NCBI RefSeq assembly: GCF_964213995.1
Contig: NC_135822.1
Span: 65,224,001 to 65,288,000 of the forward strand
Reading direction: 5' to 3'
From: Mustelus asterias
Lineage: Eukaryota
DNA length: 64,000 bases
Positions within the stretch are counted from its first letter, which is position 1. Each line of letters opens with the position of its first letter. The translations under genes and the position numbers were made by a program. Positions 48,638 to 61,300 of the stretch are shown here, in pieces. The notes below the pieces were generated by a model, which did no database searches, was not told the DNA's origin, and saw only the letters and a list, made by a program, of their open reading frames with translations.

Positions 48638-51023
48638 TTTTATATTATGCTGTTTCAACTTCATTTCGCTTCTGTGTTTACTTGTCCATAATTGTGGATG
48701 CTATTTTTGCCTGTTAAAATGGGATAGCAATATATTCCTCACTATCCAAGCTATTCTACGCGTTCTGTGGTATCATTACAGCACAGATGGTCATATGGTC
48801 CACCGAATCTATACTTTTATTTCATCCTCACCAGCTATCCTGTCTGCTTGCTCCATGTTTGTCAAGCAAAACTATTGACGGGAATGTACTTCAACTTCGT
48901 TTGTCTCACATTCTAATTGTCATCTACGTAATCTTTTCTCCAACGCCTCTTCAGTTATTTTTGGGATTAGTCCAGAACCCTGGTGACATTGAAATAAGAC
49001 GCAGGAGAAAATACTGAACAACAGTCTCAATGTGGAAAACACAAAAAAACAGAAGAACTGGGAGACGAGAAAAGACCAAGGGCCATCCCGCCAGATACAA
49101 AGCTGACGGAGACGTTGACTAATCGTAGCAATCAATCTCGATCAATTAGCCGACAACAGACCCAAAACATGGGCTGAGTTAAACTCCTCATGGTGGCGAG
49201 CTTGGGGAAACGCAGGTCTACAGTCACCACTTACATGTCATGTCTCAAATTACTGATATACTGTATCCCAAAATGTTACTTTCAAGAATGAATTCGCACT
49301 GACTGCGTCCACTGTCTCCCTCCTGTTCTGGATAATGTGATGTGGAGAAGCAGCTTGTTGTGGTCTGTGTTCACTGGTTCCTTTAGAATGTTATGGAGCA
49401 ATCGTATCACCTCTCAACTTTCTAATTCCTGTGAGAACTTGTCCCAGTTACACAATTGCTCATGATTCAATCCCTCTGTGCCCTCAATCGCGAATCAACG
49501 TAAAGGAGAGACAGCGAAGAAGGAAGTGGCCGTAAGGAATTAAACTGAAAGAATGGAGGGGTTGATTAAAGTTCAAGGCAACCGAAGGACAAGGTGCGGC
49601 TCCTCCGGCGGTTCGGCTGGTAATGGCACCTGCCAAATATGGGATCAGCCTATTATTTGTACTATTGTAATTCACAGCCTCCAGCTTTACTGCAATCTGT
49701 GATGGGATGCGGGGGGCGGGGGGGATATTTTTCAGTGTTGATTTATCTGACAAACCATGACTTCATAATTCAGCAATGCATTCCAGGGTATAGACAGACA
49801 GACAACCCTCCACGGAACTCCTGCAGACCACAAAACTATGAAGTAGTCTAAACCTAATCGGCATAATGCATGGACATGGTCTCACTTGAGGGCGTTTGGA
49901 TCATGCGGAGAAACTGAGAATGTTTCACGTTTAACGAGCCCCTTGAGGTCTATTTATCTGCTGTTGTAACATTGTGATATTTCCCTTTTTCTCTCCCTTT
50001 GACAATCATTCTCCCCTCTTGTTCTAAATGTTATGCCTCTTGAAGGGGTGCTCTTCTGCGAATAACCACAGTTCTCCAGTTCCTCACCTAGTGGCTCGAT
50101 TATAGTGATGTTGCCATAATAGCTGACAGCAGTGGGCGCCACAGGCGAGCCAGTCCTCAGTTATTCTTCCGGTACTGACACTGACCAGAAGGACTTTCTG
50201 GACACCGAAGGGAGGTAGATTTGGGACCAGGAAGAGATCAGCCATGATCTGATTGAATGGCGGAGCAGGCTGGAAGGGCTGAATCTGCCTACTTCTGCTC
50301 CTAATTCCTATGTTCCTACTTCTGTGGTGACCGCTCAACGACAAATTCTCTGTCCACAATGCTCCCTCCCTGAATATAACAGATCTCACACCAGCACCTC
50401 AATTGCATTAGAAGCTATTGGGAATTAAATGATGCGAGTTATTAGAATAATGTAATTGGACTAAAGTACGAACAGTTTTCTCTGGACGGAGGTCTATTCC
50501 AAAAGCTGAAGCGAATAAAAGTGATCATTTTTTTAATCATGGCATCAAGTACAAATTAAAACACAATGTCAAGAGTGTCTGGTTAACCATGTCAACTGAA
50601 CCATAAAATCTGCCAGAGAATTGCTGCCATTCTTGACTTCCCTTACAATCAAAGAAGTTTTCAGCTCAGGAGAAGGCCATTTGGCCCAACTCTTTAATGA
50701 AAGCAATCCAAAACTAAAATGCCCTCCCCCACAGCCTTGTATCTTTCTCTCAGTTAAATACTGTCTTTATTCACCTTGCCTAGAAACAATTAAATGGTCT
50801 CTGCCTCGACTCCCTGACAAATTGTTCCATGATTGAACCACCCTCCTGAGCTTTCTTCTCACTCACAATACCAAGTTTTAAATTGATGGACCCTCCTTGC
50901 TTCTGTCTCCAACTGGAGGAAACTGGACTTTCCTGACACAAGATCAAAACGTTCAATGTTTGGGAAAAAAAGCATTTTCTCTCCCCGTGGGGGAAAAGTT
51001 TCTCCTCATAATGCAAGTGTCTT

Positions 51024-51252
51024 CTCCCAACCGACTCAAGAACAGCTTCTTCCCTGCTGCTGTCAGACTTTTGAATGGACTTACCTTGCATTAAGTTGAT
51101 CTTTGTCTACACTCTAGCTATGACTGTAACAACACATTCTGCACTCTTTCATTTCCTTCTCTATGAACGGTATGTTTTGTCTGTATAGTGTGCAAGAAAC
51201 AATACTTTTCACTGTATGTTAATACATGTGACAATAACAAATCAAATCAAAT
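51024..51252 (+). mobile_element. Rex1/Babar-type LINE 3' end
   Basis: Encodes NRLKNSFFPAAVRLLN; (caaat)n tail. Confidence 0.7.
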
Positions 51253-51624
51253 CTGGTATCCTCTTGGACAAAATCCTGGAATTCCCTCCTTAACAGCACT
51301 TTGGGTGCACCTACACCTCAGCATTGCAGTGGTTCGAGAAGGCAGCTCACCACCACCTTCTCAAGAGCAACAAGGGATTGGTAATAGATATTGGCCGAGC
51401 TCGCGACGCCCAGACCTTGTCATTGAATTTTCAAAAAACTTAGGTTCTTTGGTCTCTTTCTATCATAGGGCTGAAAATGTACTTATTGGGTCCACCACCA
51501 ACGCGCAACACATATTTACCACTCACTCTGCCCTTGTGCTTGGTGTCTCAATGTTGACTCTGATGTTTTTTTTGTGGCTTTATTTACCTGAACTCACATT
51601 TGAAGCTTAGGTGTATCTGTTCCA

Positions 51625-52400
51625 GCAGAAAAGTGCAACATGATTCATTTTGGCAGGAAGAAGGTGGAGAGACAGTATAAAATAAAGGGAGAAACTCTCA
51701 AGGAGGTGCAGGAACAAAATGACCTTGTCGCATATGTACGTAAGTCATTGAAGGTGGCAGGAAATGTTGGGGGAATAGTTAATAAAATAAATGGTATTCT
51801 AGGTTTTATTAATAAGGGCATTGAGTAAAAGAGGTTGTGTTAAACTTGTATAAGAAATTAGTTTGGCCTCATCTGGAGTGTTGTGCCCAGTTCTGGGCGC
51901 CATTCTTAAGGAAGGATGTAAAAGCATTAGAGAGAGCACAAATGGAGATTCAAAAGAATGATTCCAAGAATGAAGACCTGTAGCTATGAGGTTACATTGG
52001 AGGTCTGTTTTCCTTGCAGAAAATAAGACTGAGAGGAGACTCGACAGAGGCATTCAAGACCCTGAGAGACGTGTAAATAATGAGAAACTGTTCCCTCTCG
52101 GGAGCACATCAAGAAGTAAAGTGCAGAGATTCAAAATAATCGGCAAAAGGAGCAGAAGTGATGGGAGGAGAAATGTGTTCACCCAAAGGGTGGTTGGAGT
52201 CTGGAACAAACTTCCTGAGAGAATCGTGGAGGCACGTTTGATCCAAGTGTTCCAAAGGGTTTTGGATTGCTATCTGAAAAGAAAGAATGTGAGGTTATGG
52301 GAATAAGACAGGGGAGTGGGACTAGGTAGAATGCTCTTTTGGCAAGCCTGTGCAGACTCGATTGGCCAAAGGGCCGCCTTCTGCACTGCAAAGGTTCTGC
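51625..52400 (+). mobile_element. Degenerate CR1 3' portion
   Basis: IHFGRK, ILGFINKGIE, FTQRVVGVWN motifs. Confidence 0.85.
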
Positions 52401-52429
52401 GATTCCTCAATGATCCTCAGCATCTTTGG

Positions 52430-52705
52430 ATTCATAGAATCCCTACAGTGCAGAAGGAGGCCATTTGGCCCATCGAGTCTGCACCAACAGCAATCCCACC
52501 CAGGCCCTATCTCTGAAACCCCACATATCTACTGTGCCAATCCCCCCAATCTACACATCCTAGACACTAAGGGGCAATTTAGCACAGCTAATCAACCTAA
52601 CTTGTACATCTTTGGACTGTGGGAGGAAACCGGAGCACCCGGAGGAAACTCACGCAGACACGGGGAGAACGTGCAAACTCCACACAGACAGTGACCCGAG
52701 CCAGG
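52430..52705 (-). mobile_element. HE1-like V-SINE lacking most of the head
   Basis: ggaggaaaccggagcacccggaggaaac...gcagacacggggagaacgtgcaaactccacacagacagtgaccc. Confidence 0.85.
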
Positions 52706-53029
52706 CATCCATCTATTCCTCATTTCCGTCCAATGATGCTTGACCTTATATTCTCTGCATTGTTACAGCTGCCATCCATTGACCTGATCTGCAGATTTGT
52801 CTCTGCTCCTCACTGAACTCCTCCTCAATGTGTAGCAGAACTGGCACAGGAGTTGGACATATAAGCCCCTGGTGCCATTCAATTAGATTATAGTTAGTCT
52901 GTGATCTAACTCTACAGACTATAATTTGGCAGCAACTGTGGGAAATTGAAAACTGTAAGATTAAAAAAAGAGTTAGAATAAGTGATTACTCAGTGTCTCA
53001 CATCATTTCATTGTCAATTAAGTACCTTC

Positions 53030-53260
53030 TAAATGTCCTCACTGTTGTAGGAAACATGGCAGCCAATTTAAGCACAGCAAGTTTGCAAAATCAGCAATGT
53101 GATCCTGTCCAGGTACTCTTTGATTGGTGGATAAATATTGGCCAGGTGACGGGGGCAAAACCTTCCCTGCTCTTCTTCAAAATAGTACCAGGGGATCTTT
53201 TATGTCCACTGAGAAGACAGATGGGGCCTCAATTTAACACCTCATCCAAAAGAGGTTATG
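53030..53260 (-). mobile_element. Deu-domain SINE fragment
   Basis: ggaaacatggcagccaattt...ataaatattggccagg...ggatcttttatgtccac. Confidence 0.7.
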
Positions 53261-54019
53261 TTAGGAGGCACTCTTGTCAGCTTTGGGCTGAACTCCATCA
53301 CTGCAGGTGGAGGGAACTCCACATCTGATCTTTGGTACCTGATCTGGGTGGCCCCATGTTGAAGCTGAAATAGAAAGCATAGCATTCTCTCATCTTGAAC
53401 CTCCGCCAGCTTGAGATCAACATTAATTTTCTAAAAATGAACATATTTTTGAGTGTTCTATCATTTGCAGCCTGGGTCCAATAATAAATTATTTCGATGG
53501 CTTTAAGAATTGATGCAGTTCAGATGGTTCTCCCCTATAAATGTGCATTTCTGAAAATCTGAATTTCAACTGTCGAAGGAGAGCTAAAGAAAATATGCTG
53601 AAATATATGGTCACTCTCCCTGCAAATTGCCATGAAACTCACATTTCAGACAAGTATCTGAAATGCAACTGTGGAACGGAACAACCTTCTTTGCAACAAG
53701 GGTAAACATTTGTCAATTTTGGAAACCTGAAATAAAAAGAAAAATATGCAGCATAGATATTGATAAGAAAAACTTGGGCAAGAGATCCTTCGGAATCTGA
53801 AGCTCCCTTTTCCATTTTCTGAAACTGATTGACCTGCAATGGATTCCTAACATTCCTAACTTTTCATTGCTGGCAACAGTGTTCCTGTATCTTTCAGACT
53901 CTTTAAAGGTAGAACTTACCTGGCCACAGTGAAAGCTGGTTTTCCAAACCATGCTGTTATTGATATAATGTCTGGGTTTGCCATTAACGTTACGTCAGCA
54001 GATGCCACTCATTCTAAAG

Positions 54020-54460
54020 GAAAGAACTTGCACCTGTATAACATTGTTCTCAACCTTAGGATACCCCAACGTGTTTTATAGCCAAAAAATACTTTTGAAA
54101 TGAAGTCTCTGTTATAATGTAAGAAATACAACAGCAATTTGTGCACAGCAAGCTCTCATAACAGCAATTAAATAAATGACCAGATAATCTGTGTTAGTGG
54201 TTGATTAAGAGATAAATATTGACCAAACCATTGGAAGAAAAATCTTGCCATTCTTTTAAAAGTGGCCTGGGATCTTTTCCATCCAGCCAAGAAGAAAAAT
54301 GGGACCTCCATTGAACATCTCATCCAATAGATAGCACCTCCTGCACTCCCTCAGTCCTGCAGTGAAGTGTCAACTTAAATTATGTGCTCATGTCCCTGGA
54401 GTTGGGTCTGGACCCATAATTTTTGGATGTGCGATTGGCAGCATTGAGTTTAGGCTGCCA
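54020..54460 (-). mobile_element. Deu-domain SINE, near full length
   Basis: Tail aaagaacttgcac..., body aatgaccagataatctg...gggatcttttccatcca, head-side gcactccctcagt. Confidence 0.7.
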
Positions 54461-54669
54461 TCTGCAAATCGTTACTATGGGGAAGCCCCCTGCCCACCCG
54501 AACATGTATGCTTTCCATCATGCACAACATGAAGTCCTCTGCAGTTAAATAGCCTCCGGCCGCACACTCAACACTCAAAGAATGGCCACTTGTGCATTTT
54601 GAATTTGCATCACAGTCCTTCCATTTTACAGCAAAATTAAATGGTGGCGGGGTGAGGGGAAGTAGAACT

Positions 54670-54978
54670 TTTAAAATAAGTTATATCCAATCAAATCCAA
54701 TCAAAGTCCAATTCAAGGTCTCAACCAGCGAGATGTTACAGATCCAAGCTGACAAGACAGGCTGCTCTCTTCCTGTCTTGGGCTTGATCTGCATGATCCA
54801 AACTGATAGGAGCAGGCATTGCACCCCTCCAGTGCTTGATTTCATTTGCATCTTAGCCAAAAGGCCTAGATGCAGTTTTTAAAAAATGCTTCAAATGAAA
54901 CCCCAGTGAAACCTTATTGACTTCTATCAAGTGCAGGACAGCAAAACTACACTTGATCTTAGCCAAAAGGCCGAGAAG
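54670..54978 (-). mobile_element. U2 snRNA-headed SINE-like element, copy 2
   Basis: 54946-54978 is the reverse complement of U2 nt 5-37; body collinear with copy 1; imperfect TSD ggggaagtagaact (54656-54669) / ggggaggtagaact (54983-54996). Confidence 0.85.
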
Positions 54979-54997
54979 TAAGGGGGAGGTAGAACTA

Positions 54998-55114
54998 AGA
55001 GAGAAAATGGTGGAAAATCTCAGCAGGTCTGGCAACATCTGTAAGGAGAGAAAAGAGCTGACGTTTCGAGTCCAGATGACCCTTTGTCAAAGCTAAAAGC
55101 TTTGTCAAAGCAAA
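54998..55114 (-). mobile_element. Penelope-like single-arm insertion (family C)
   Basis: Reverse complement of 13291-13385 including the hammerhead-like motif; imperfect 13-bp TSD at 54985-54997 and 55115-55127. Confidence 0.75.
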
Positions 55115-55179
55115 GAAGGTGGAACTAGTCTGGCTGAAGTGACAGCTCAGAAGAGAGTCCCACGTAACATCGTGTCAGG

Positions 55180-55588
55180 TATGGTTCAGTGGACAGCACG
55201 CTCACCTTTCAGTGAAAAAGTTGTTATTTTAGTGCTCCTTGAATATAAAAATCTAGGTTGACACTTAAGTGTAGTATAATGAAAGGCTGCATTTTTGATG
55301 AGGGGATAAACTAAGGTCCCGTCTGCCCTTTCAGCTCGACCTAAAAGATCTCGTTGTCATATTTTGAAAGAGAGCTGGGGAGTTATCCAGAGTATCCTGT
55401 GCAACACGTTTTGCTCAATCAACATCACTAAAGCACATTACTTGGTCATTATCATGTTGCTGTTTGTGGGAACTTGCTGTTCACAAATTGGCTGTCGCAT
55501 TTCCGACATTATAACTGTTCAGAAGTGTTTCATTGTCTATAAAGCCCTTTGGCATTGTGAAAGGTGCTAAATAAATGCAGGTCTTTCT
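55180..55588 (+). mobile_element. Deu-domain SINE, near full length
   Basis: tRNA-like head tggttcagtgg, Deu-like body ggtcccgtctgccc...taaaagatc...tcaatcaacatcactaaa...gctgtttgtggga, tail ataaatgcaggtctttc. Confidence 0.75.
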
Positions 55589-55897
55589 GTGGGTGGTTAA
55601 GAACATCAACTTGCATTTATGTGGTGCTTTTAGAGTAGTAAAACATCCCAAGGGGCTTTGATGCAGCAAACAGAATTTGATGCTGAGGTTCAGAAGGAGA
55701 TTATTTGGACAGATGACCAGGGTGGGTTTTAAAGAGGGTCTTCAAGTGAGGGAGAAAGAGGGCTAAAGAGTCGGAAAGGTTCAAGAAGGAAATTCCAGAG
55801 TTCAAGGCATGGGCAAACTGAAGAGGCGGCAGCCAATGGTGGAGCAATTAAAACTGACAGCAGGCAAGCAATGAAAATGAGAGGAGTGCTGAGATTG

Positions 55898-56558
55898 CAG
55901 AAAACAAAGAATAAAGTACACGACAGCACAGGAACAGGCCCTTCGGCCCACCAAGTTTGTGCTGACAGATGCCTCTCTGATCTCATTTTTTTGTCCATAC
56001 ATCCCTCTATATCCCTGCCTATATATATATGCCTCTATTCCCTGCCTATTCATGTATCTACAGTAAGAAGTTTAACAACACCAGGTTAAAGTCCAACAGG
56101 TTTATTTGGTAGCAAAAGCCACACAAGCTTTCGAGGCTCTGAGCCCCTTCTTCAGGTGAGTGGGAATTCATGTATCTATCCAGATGCCTCTTGAAACGTT
56201 GTAATAGAATTTGCTTCCACCACCTCCTCTGGCAGCGCATTCCAGGCATTTACCACTCTGTGTGTGAAAATCTTGCCCCTTGCATCTCTTTTAAACTTTC
56301 CCTCTTTCACTCTCAACCTATGCCGCCTAGTAATTGACCCTTCGACCCTGGGAAATAGAGTCTGACGATCCACTCTATACAAGCCTGTCATAATCTTGTA
56401 AACCTCTATCAGGTTCCCCCCTCATCCTCCGAGGTTCCAATGAAAACAATCCAAGTTTGTTCAACCTGTCTTCATTGTTCATATCCTCCAACTCCAGGCA
56501 ACATCCAAGTCATCTCTTCTACATCCTTTCCAATGCATCAAGATCCTTCCGGTCGAGT

Positions 56559-56593
<35 letters not shown>

Positions 56594-56610
56594 CTGAACC
56601 AAAGTATTCT
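55898..56610 (-). mobile_element. CR1 3' fragment, interrupted
   Basis: FTHRVVNAWNALPEEVVEA motif; tail ggccgaagggcctgttcctgtgctgt. Confidence 0.85.
56061..56165 (-). mobile_element. Penelope-like single-arm insertion (family B)
   Basis: 13-bp TSD ATTCATGTATCTA at 56048-56060 and 56166-56178; motif cac-CTGAAGA-aggggctcagagcctc-GAAAGCTT-gtg on the minus strand. Confidence 0.85.
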
Positions 56611-56819
56611 GCAGAGGATTGGAGGAGATCCCAAAGACGGGAGGAATTGGATGAGAATTTTTAAAATGACGAATGGATGTGGGTCAATGAGCGAGAGGGT
56701 AAGCGGGACTTGAAAATTTGGGGCAGCAAAGGCGGGAGGGAGCTGAGAAAGAGAGGCTGGTGCTAATGCAGCAATGTTGCCTCTGAGTGGATACAGTGGC
56801 TGTGCTTGCTGCCAGTCTG

Positions 56820-57072
56820 TGCCTGTGGCTCCGCCTCCCTCGCTCCTACTCCCCCCCCTTCCCAGGGCGGTGACGTAATCGGAAGATGGCCGGGGCGGGC
56901 GCGCCGCCATTTTGAAGGGCTCGGAGAGCGGGGGAGGGCACAGCAGCGCTATCCGAAGCCAATCCGCCGCCATCCTCTAGCCAGCGCAGCCCGGCCTGTC
57001 CGCCTGCAGCTCCGGCCACATCCTTGGGCACTGCGCTAACGCCTGCTACCTCCATTTCCAGCCGCTACCGCC
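56820..57072 (+). promoter_or_regulatory. PPP2R2A CpG-island promoter / 5'UTR
   Basis: CpG-dense; GC boxes; TGACGTAA (56871); CGGAAG; YY1-type AAGATGGC (56883) and CCGCCATTTT (56904); CCAAT (56959); Kozak ccgccATGG. Confidence 0.85.
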
Positions 57073-57079
57073 ATGGCAG
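57073..57079 (+). CDS. PPP2R2A: PPP2R2A coding exon 1 (7 nt)
   Basis: ATGGCAG|gtgaga; a 7-nt first coding exon is typical of PPP2R2A/PPP2R2D. Confidence 0.88.
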
Positions 57080-57530
57080 GTGAGAATTCAAGCAGGGGGT
57101 GAAAAAAAAGGAAGGCAAGCGGGAGTGAAGGCTCCCCCTCGCTTCCCCATCAGTCCCTTTGGTCCTGGATTTGTTTTTAAATATAAAGCCTATTTCCTCC
57201 CCCCCCCCCCCCCCCCCCCATTCCCCCTTTCCTTCAAGGCCTGGCGACTTGAATGCTAAACTCATTCCTCCACAGAGTGAAGGAAAAGGGCAGAGAAGCA
57301 ACTTGGGAGGGACCAAAGCCTTCAACAGTATACATAATAATTTACAATTCCTGGAGTTCAGTCTGTTTAATTATTTTTTACATTAATCAGAGCCAGTCTG
57401 AGGCTGGAAAGATCTTTCAGTGTCTCACCAGCTACAACCACCCCCCTCTCCACACCCTCTAATGTATGTGTAGTTTTATTTTTTTTAAATATTCAATGCA
57501 TATTAATTTTTTTCCTCTCCATTCATTCAG

Positions 57531-57608
57531 GAGTTGGAAGTGGTGGCAATGATATTCAGTGGTGTTTCTCTCAGGTGAAAGGGGCGATAGACGATGATGT
57601 TGCAGAAG
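57531..57608 (+). CDS. PPP2R2A: PPP2R2A coding exon 2
   Basis: 78 bp, attcag acceptor, gtaaaa donor; spliced product MAGVGSGGNDIQWCFSQVKGAIDDDVAE; NDIQW and adjacency to EBF2 favour the alpha paralog. Exon 3 not seen in the window. Confidence 0.9.
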
Positions 57609-59989
57609 GTAAAAAAAAGAACAAAATATTTATATTTCCTCTCTTTGCCCTCCTGCCCCCAAATCCCAGGCTTCCATTGCTTTCTGCACTGGTGTTTCAT
57701 GGTTTTGTTGGAAGATTGAAGTGACTGTTGCAGTTTTCTTGGTGAATTTTTCTGTCTGCAATTCCCAAATTTTGATGATTGCAAGTGAGGTTCAACAGAT
57801 GCACCAAATGAATTACTTGGAAATGAATCTAAATGCACCCTGAAACGTGTTTTTTTTATATGCATGAGGAAGGCTGGATGTGTTGGTTGAGGGTGGGAGG
57901 AAGTACATTATTCAGCAGCTAAATATGAATCAGATTTATGTTGTCGGCATTAAGCATAGCTGAGGGATATAAATTCATCATAAATATAAATTTTTGAATG
58001 GTTTGTGATTTGTACTTAGTAGTTGAACGATATGAAATACAGTAGGCCTTCAGCTGAAGAAGCTGAACTGAAGTGAAACATCTCTTGACTAGAATGTTTC
58101 CTGTCGTGGACCCAAGGTGTGTTTTTTTTGCCTGACAGTACTCACACTTTCAATTTGCACAGGTTGAGTTAATTGAAATAGTGAAATTCTGATTAGTGAA
58201 AAGCAACAGGATATTTGTTGCATTTTGCTGTCCCTTAGATTTTTCTGTCTGGCAAGGTAGTTTATTAAAAATAACTGAAGAGTAAGTGGAGATCTTGAAC
58301 TTGGGTTCTCATGGACTTGTTACAAGGATTCAGCTGGATCTCCAAGCTGATGTATTGGATGAATAAATTGTAAGTTTCAGCCTAGAGTATTGGTTATAAC
58401 TACTGGACTGTGTGTGGATTATTTGGTTTCTGCACACACCAGGCACTGTCCTTCCAATTTCAGTTGAACGTAATGATGTGTTGTGGAACTGTAGTTGCTT
58501 TGAACCCTAAGATGCATCTCCATTCTGGGTTACTATTTTTCCAACTTGGGCTGTGTCAGTGGGCATTTTGTGTGATGCCAGGCTGAAGCCCTGGTGATTG
58601 CAGATATCATTTGGGCTGGTAGTAATTTAAAATGCATTGCACAGCCCACACAGAGGCTTAAGTATGTGAACAAGAAATAAGCTTGCTGATGACACTGGTT
58701 TCAACCTGTCAGTAGGGCTTCATGTGGTGCCTGGAGTGGATGGAGTTCCTTGAAAAAAAGAGGCTCCTGTTAAATTGATCTCTTGAACTGAGTATGAAAC
58801 ACTCCCAAATTCATGGGTGAATGTGGTGAGGCCTCATTCTGATTCTATCTCCTCTGCAAATATACCACAATGTTTATTGCCTTTGGTGTTTGAAGTGACG
58901 GGCAAAGTTCAAACTTAGCATCAGTTTTGATGGAGAGCAATTTTTGCAGTGCACTGGAAGGAAGGGTGGATGCAGGTGACATGTTTAACAATACAAATTT
59001 TCTATTCAGCACTGTACCTGTGTCAAGCAGGAATGCATGCTTAAGTCCTGGGCTGGCACGCAACTGAGCGCTAAGTGTGACTGACTGAACCAAGTGTTAG
59101 AGTTAATATTAGGAAAGTACTGTGTACTTAGTCCAGATTTCAATGCCTGGTACAAGGCTGTTTGTGGTTAGAGTACAGCTGTTAATTTGCATTTATTGAT
59201 ATGTACATACATCCGGCTTATTTATGTGCTGGGACACCAGTGTTTTAATCTTGGGGCTGCCAGAAGGGTTCTGATAAAGGTGACCCTTTGGCCTACTTGA
59301 TCATCTTTTACTTCCAGAACACCAACCCTACAATCTGGCTATTATCCTGCTGTTTCTTAAATAGGTCATCTGTTTTGGCTGTCATTATCCATCCAAACAA
59401 CCTGTTTCGCTGTTGATTATCTGTTGTAATGAAGCATCTTTTTGGTTAGCAGTGAGTGCTATGTACACAAATGCATTATAAGAGGAAATAAACATACTGA
59501 CACCGGTACCTCTTAATGCTGGGTAATATTTTAAGTCATCTCTTCACACTACTGCTGCCATTAGTGACAGACCTGCACCTACCAGCAGTTTGAGAGAACT
59601 TGCATGGAGCCTTGAAGTCTTCAAAGAAGTGAAACTAATGATGGGCAGTTCAATTAAACTGAAATACAAACAATTTGTGCGTTTAATCCTTGCACTTACT
59701 TGAAATCTTACAGTGCACAGTGCCCAAAACGTGCAGTTGGAAGGAGTACCTTTGGCTTGCCTTTATGGGCCCTGCACTCTGATCTGCAAAGTGAGCTTCA
59801 ATTATATTGAAGAGATTAGATTAACTGTTCCAATGCAAAGACGGCAAAATGATCAGCATTGCTGGGTGTGTTTATCACCTTCGGGTATCTTGTAGGATTG
59901 TTGTAATTGAACGCTGTCAGTATGTGATTTCACCATGTTATTTAGGAGGTGGTTTGGGACCCTAAACATTGCGCTGAAATATTGGTGCT

Positions 59990-60280
59990 TTGTTGATTTA
60001 ATTTATTATTGTAACATATGATGGAAAAAACATTGTTTCGTGCTATATAGACAAAGCATACTGTTCATAGAGTACATAGGGGAGAAGGAAAGGAGAGAGT
60101 GCAGAATGTAGTGTTACAGTCACAGCTAGGGTGTCGAGAAAGATCAACTTAATATAAGGTAGGTCCATTCAAAAGTCTGATGGCAGCAGGGAAGAAGCTG
60201 TTCTTGAGTCAGTTGGGACGTGATCTCAGACTTTTGTATTTTGTCCTCAACAGAAGAAGGTGGAAGAGAGTATGTCGGGT
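59990..60280 (-). mobile_element. Rex1/Babar-type LINE 3' end
   Basis: Reverse complement of 51024-51252 (gtccattcaaaagtctga...gggaagaagctgttcttgagtc). Confidence 0.7.
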
Positions 60281-60859
60281 TGAGCTATGCTGCATATTCT
60301 TGCATAGTTTTGCCCAGTGTTTAGTTGTGATGCTACTCACTCGTAGCAGCGCTGTCTGAGTCTGAAAAGTGATGGTTTTGTATCAACTCTGAACTGTTTG
60401 GTGCAACTCTAGAAACAAGGCCCAACCAGACTCTGGACTGAAACAGAATGGGATTTACTGGAGATGATAGTCTCGTACCACTTTAGTCTGATACCACGTG
60501 GAGTGAAAATAAAACGCTGCCAGGCCTGGGTTATGAAGTGCTCAGGGATCTGATCGCCAGGTTAACTCACCTAAACACAAGGTGAATGTTTGCAGAGCAG
60601 GAACTTGTTGCTGCTCATTTTTTAAACCTGGGTGTACCATGCAATGCACCTCTCCCTACCAGGTAAGACTGTGCTAATAATTGTACGGGAGGTTGGCAGT
60701 GGGCTGCTTTCATTTGGTTGAAACCCAAACTGCAGTTACCCATACCCTTGCAATGACAACTGTTGAAGATTGGCAATGAGTGTAACTGTAACAATGGCAA
60801 CAGTTTGTGCCTGAGTTGTTAAACTTTATAGCTTCACAAAGATGTTAGTGGTATCGACT

Positions 60860-61300
60860 GGGTAAATACCCAACTTGGCACGATGCTATACATTCAGATC
60901 AAGAAGTTTCCATGTTCAGTACTTGGCCTGTGTGAATGAGCTAACTGGACTGAGCTGATGCAGATTGCCTCAGTGACCCTGGGTTCAGGAAGGGAAACTA
61001 AACTTAGTCAGGGTTCTAGCTGCTGCTCGTTATTGAGTGACCTGTATTGGAAAGAGTTTGCATGTATTCTGAAAGAGAACAAGATTGAGCTTGGCTGTGA
61101 ATGGGAATGGAAGGATATGGACTCCGTAAGTGCATACGGTTTTAGTTTAGGCAGGCATCAGGCTTGGTGGGCCGAAGGGCCTGTTCCTGTGCTGTACTGT
61201 TCTTTGTGATGGCACCTGCAGTGAAATCATGCCTGACAATTGCTCTTGGGGCTCACATGAAGGGATGCTCCTTGGCAGAGCGGTAGTTCTTGTGGCAAGG
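60860..61300 (+). mobile_element. Old SINE-like repeat with a nested CR1 tail (~61100-61205)
   Basis: Related pieces at 62660-62990 (+) and 38020-38290 (-); tgtgaatg / tgtgatg flank the nested CR1 tail. Confidence 0.5.
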
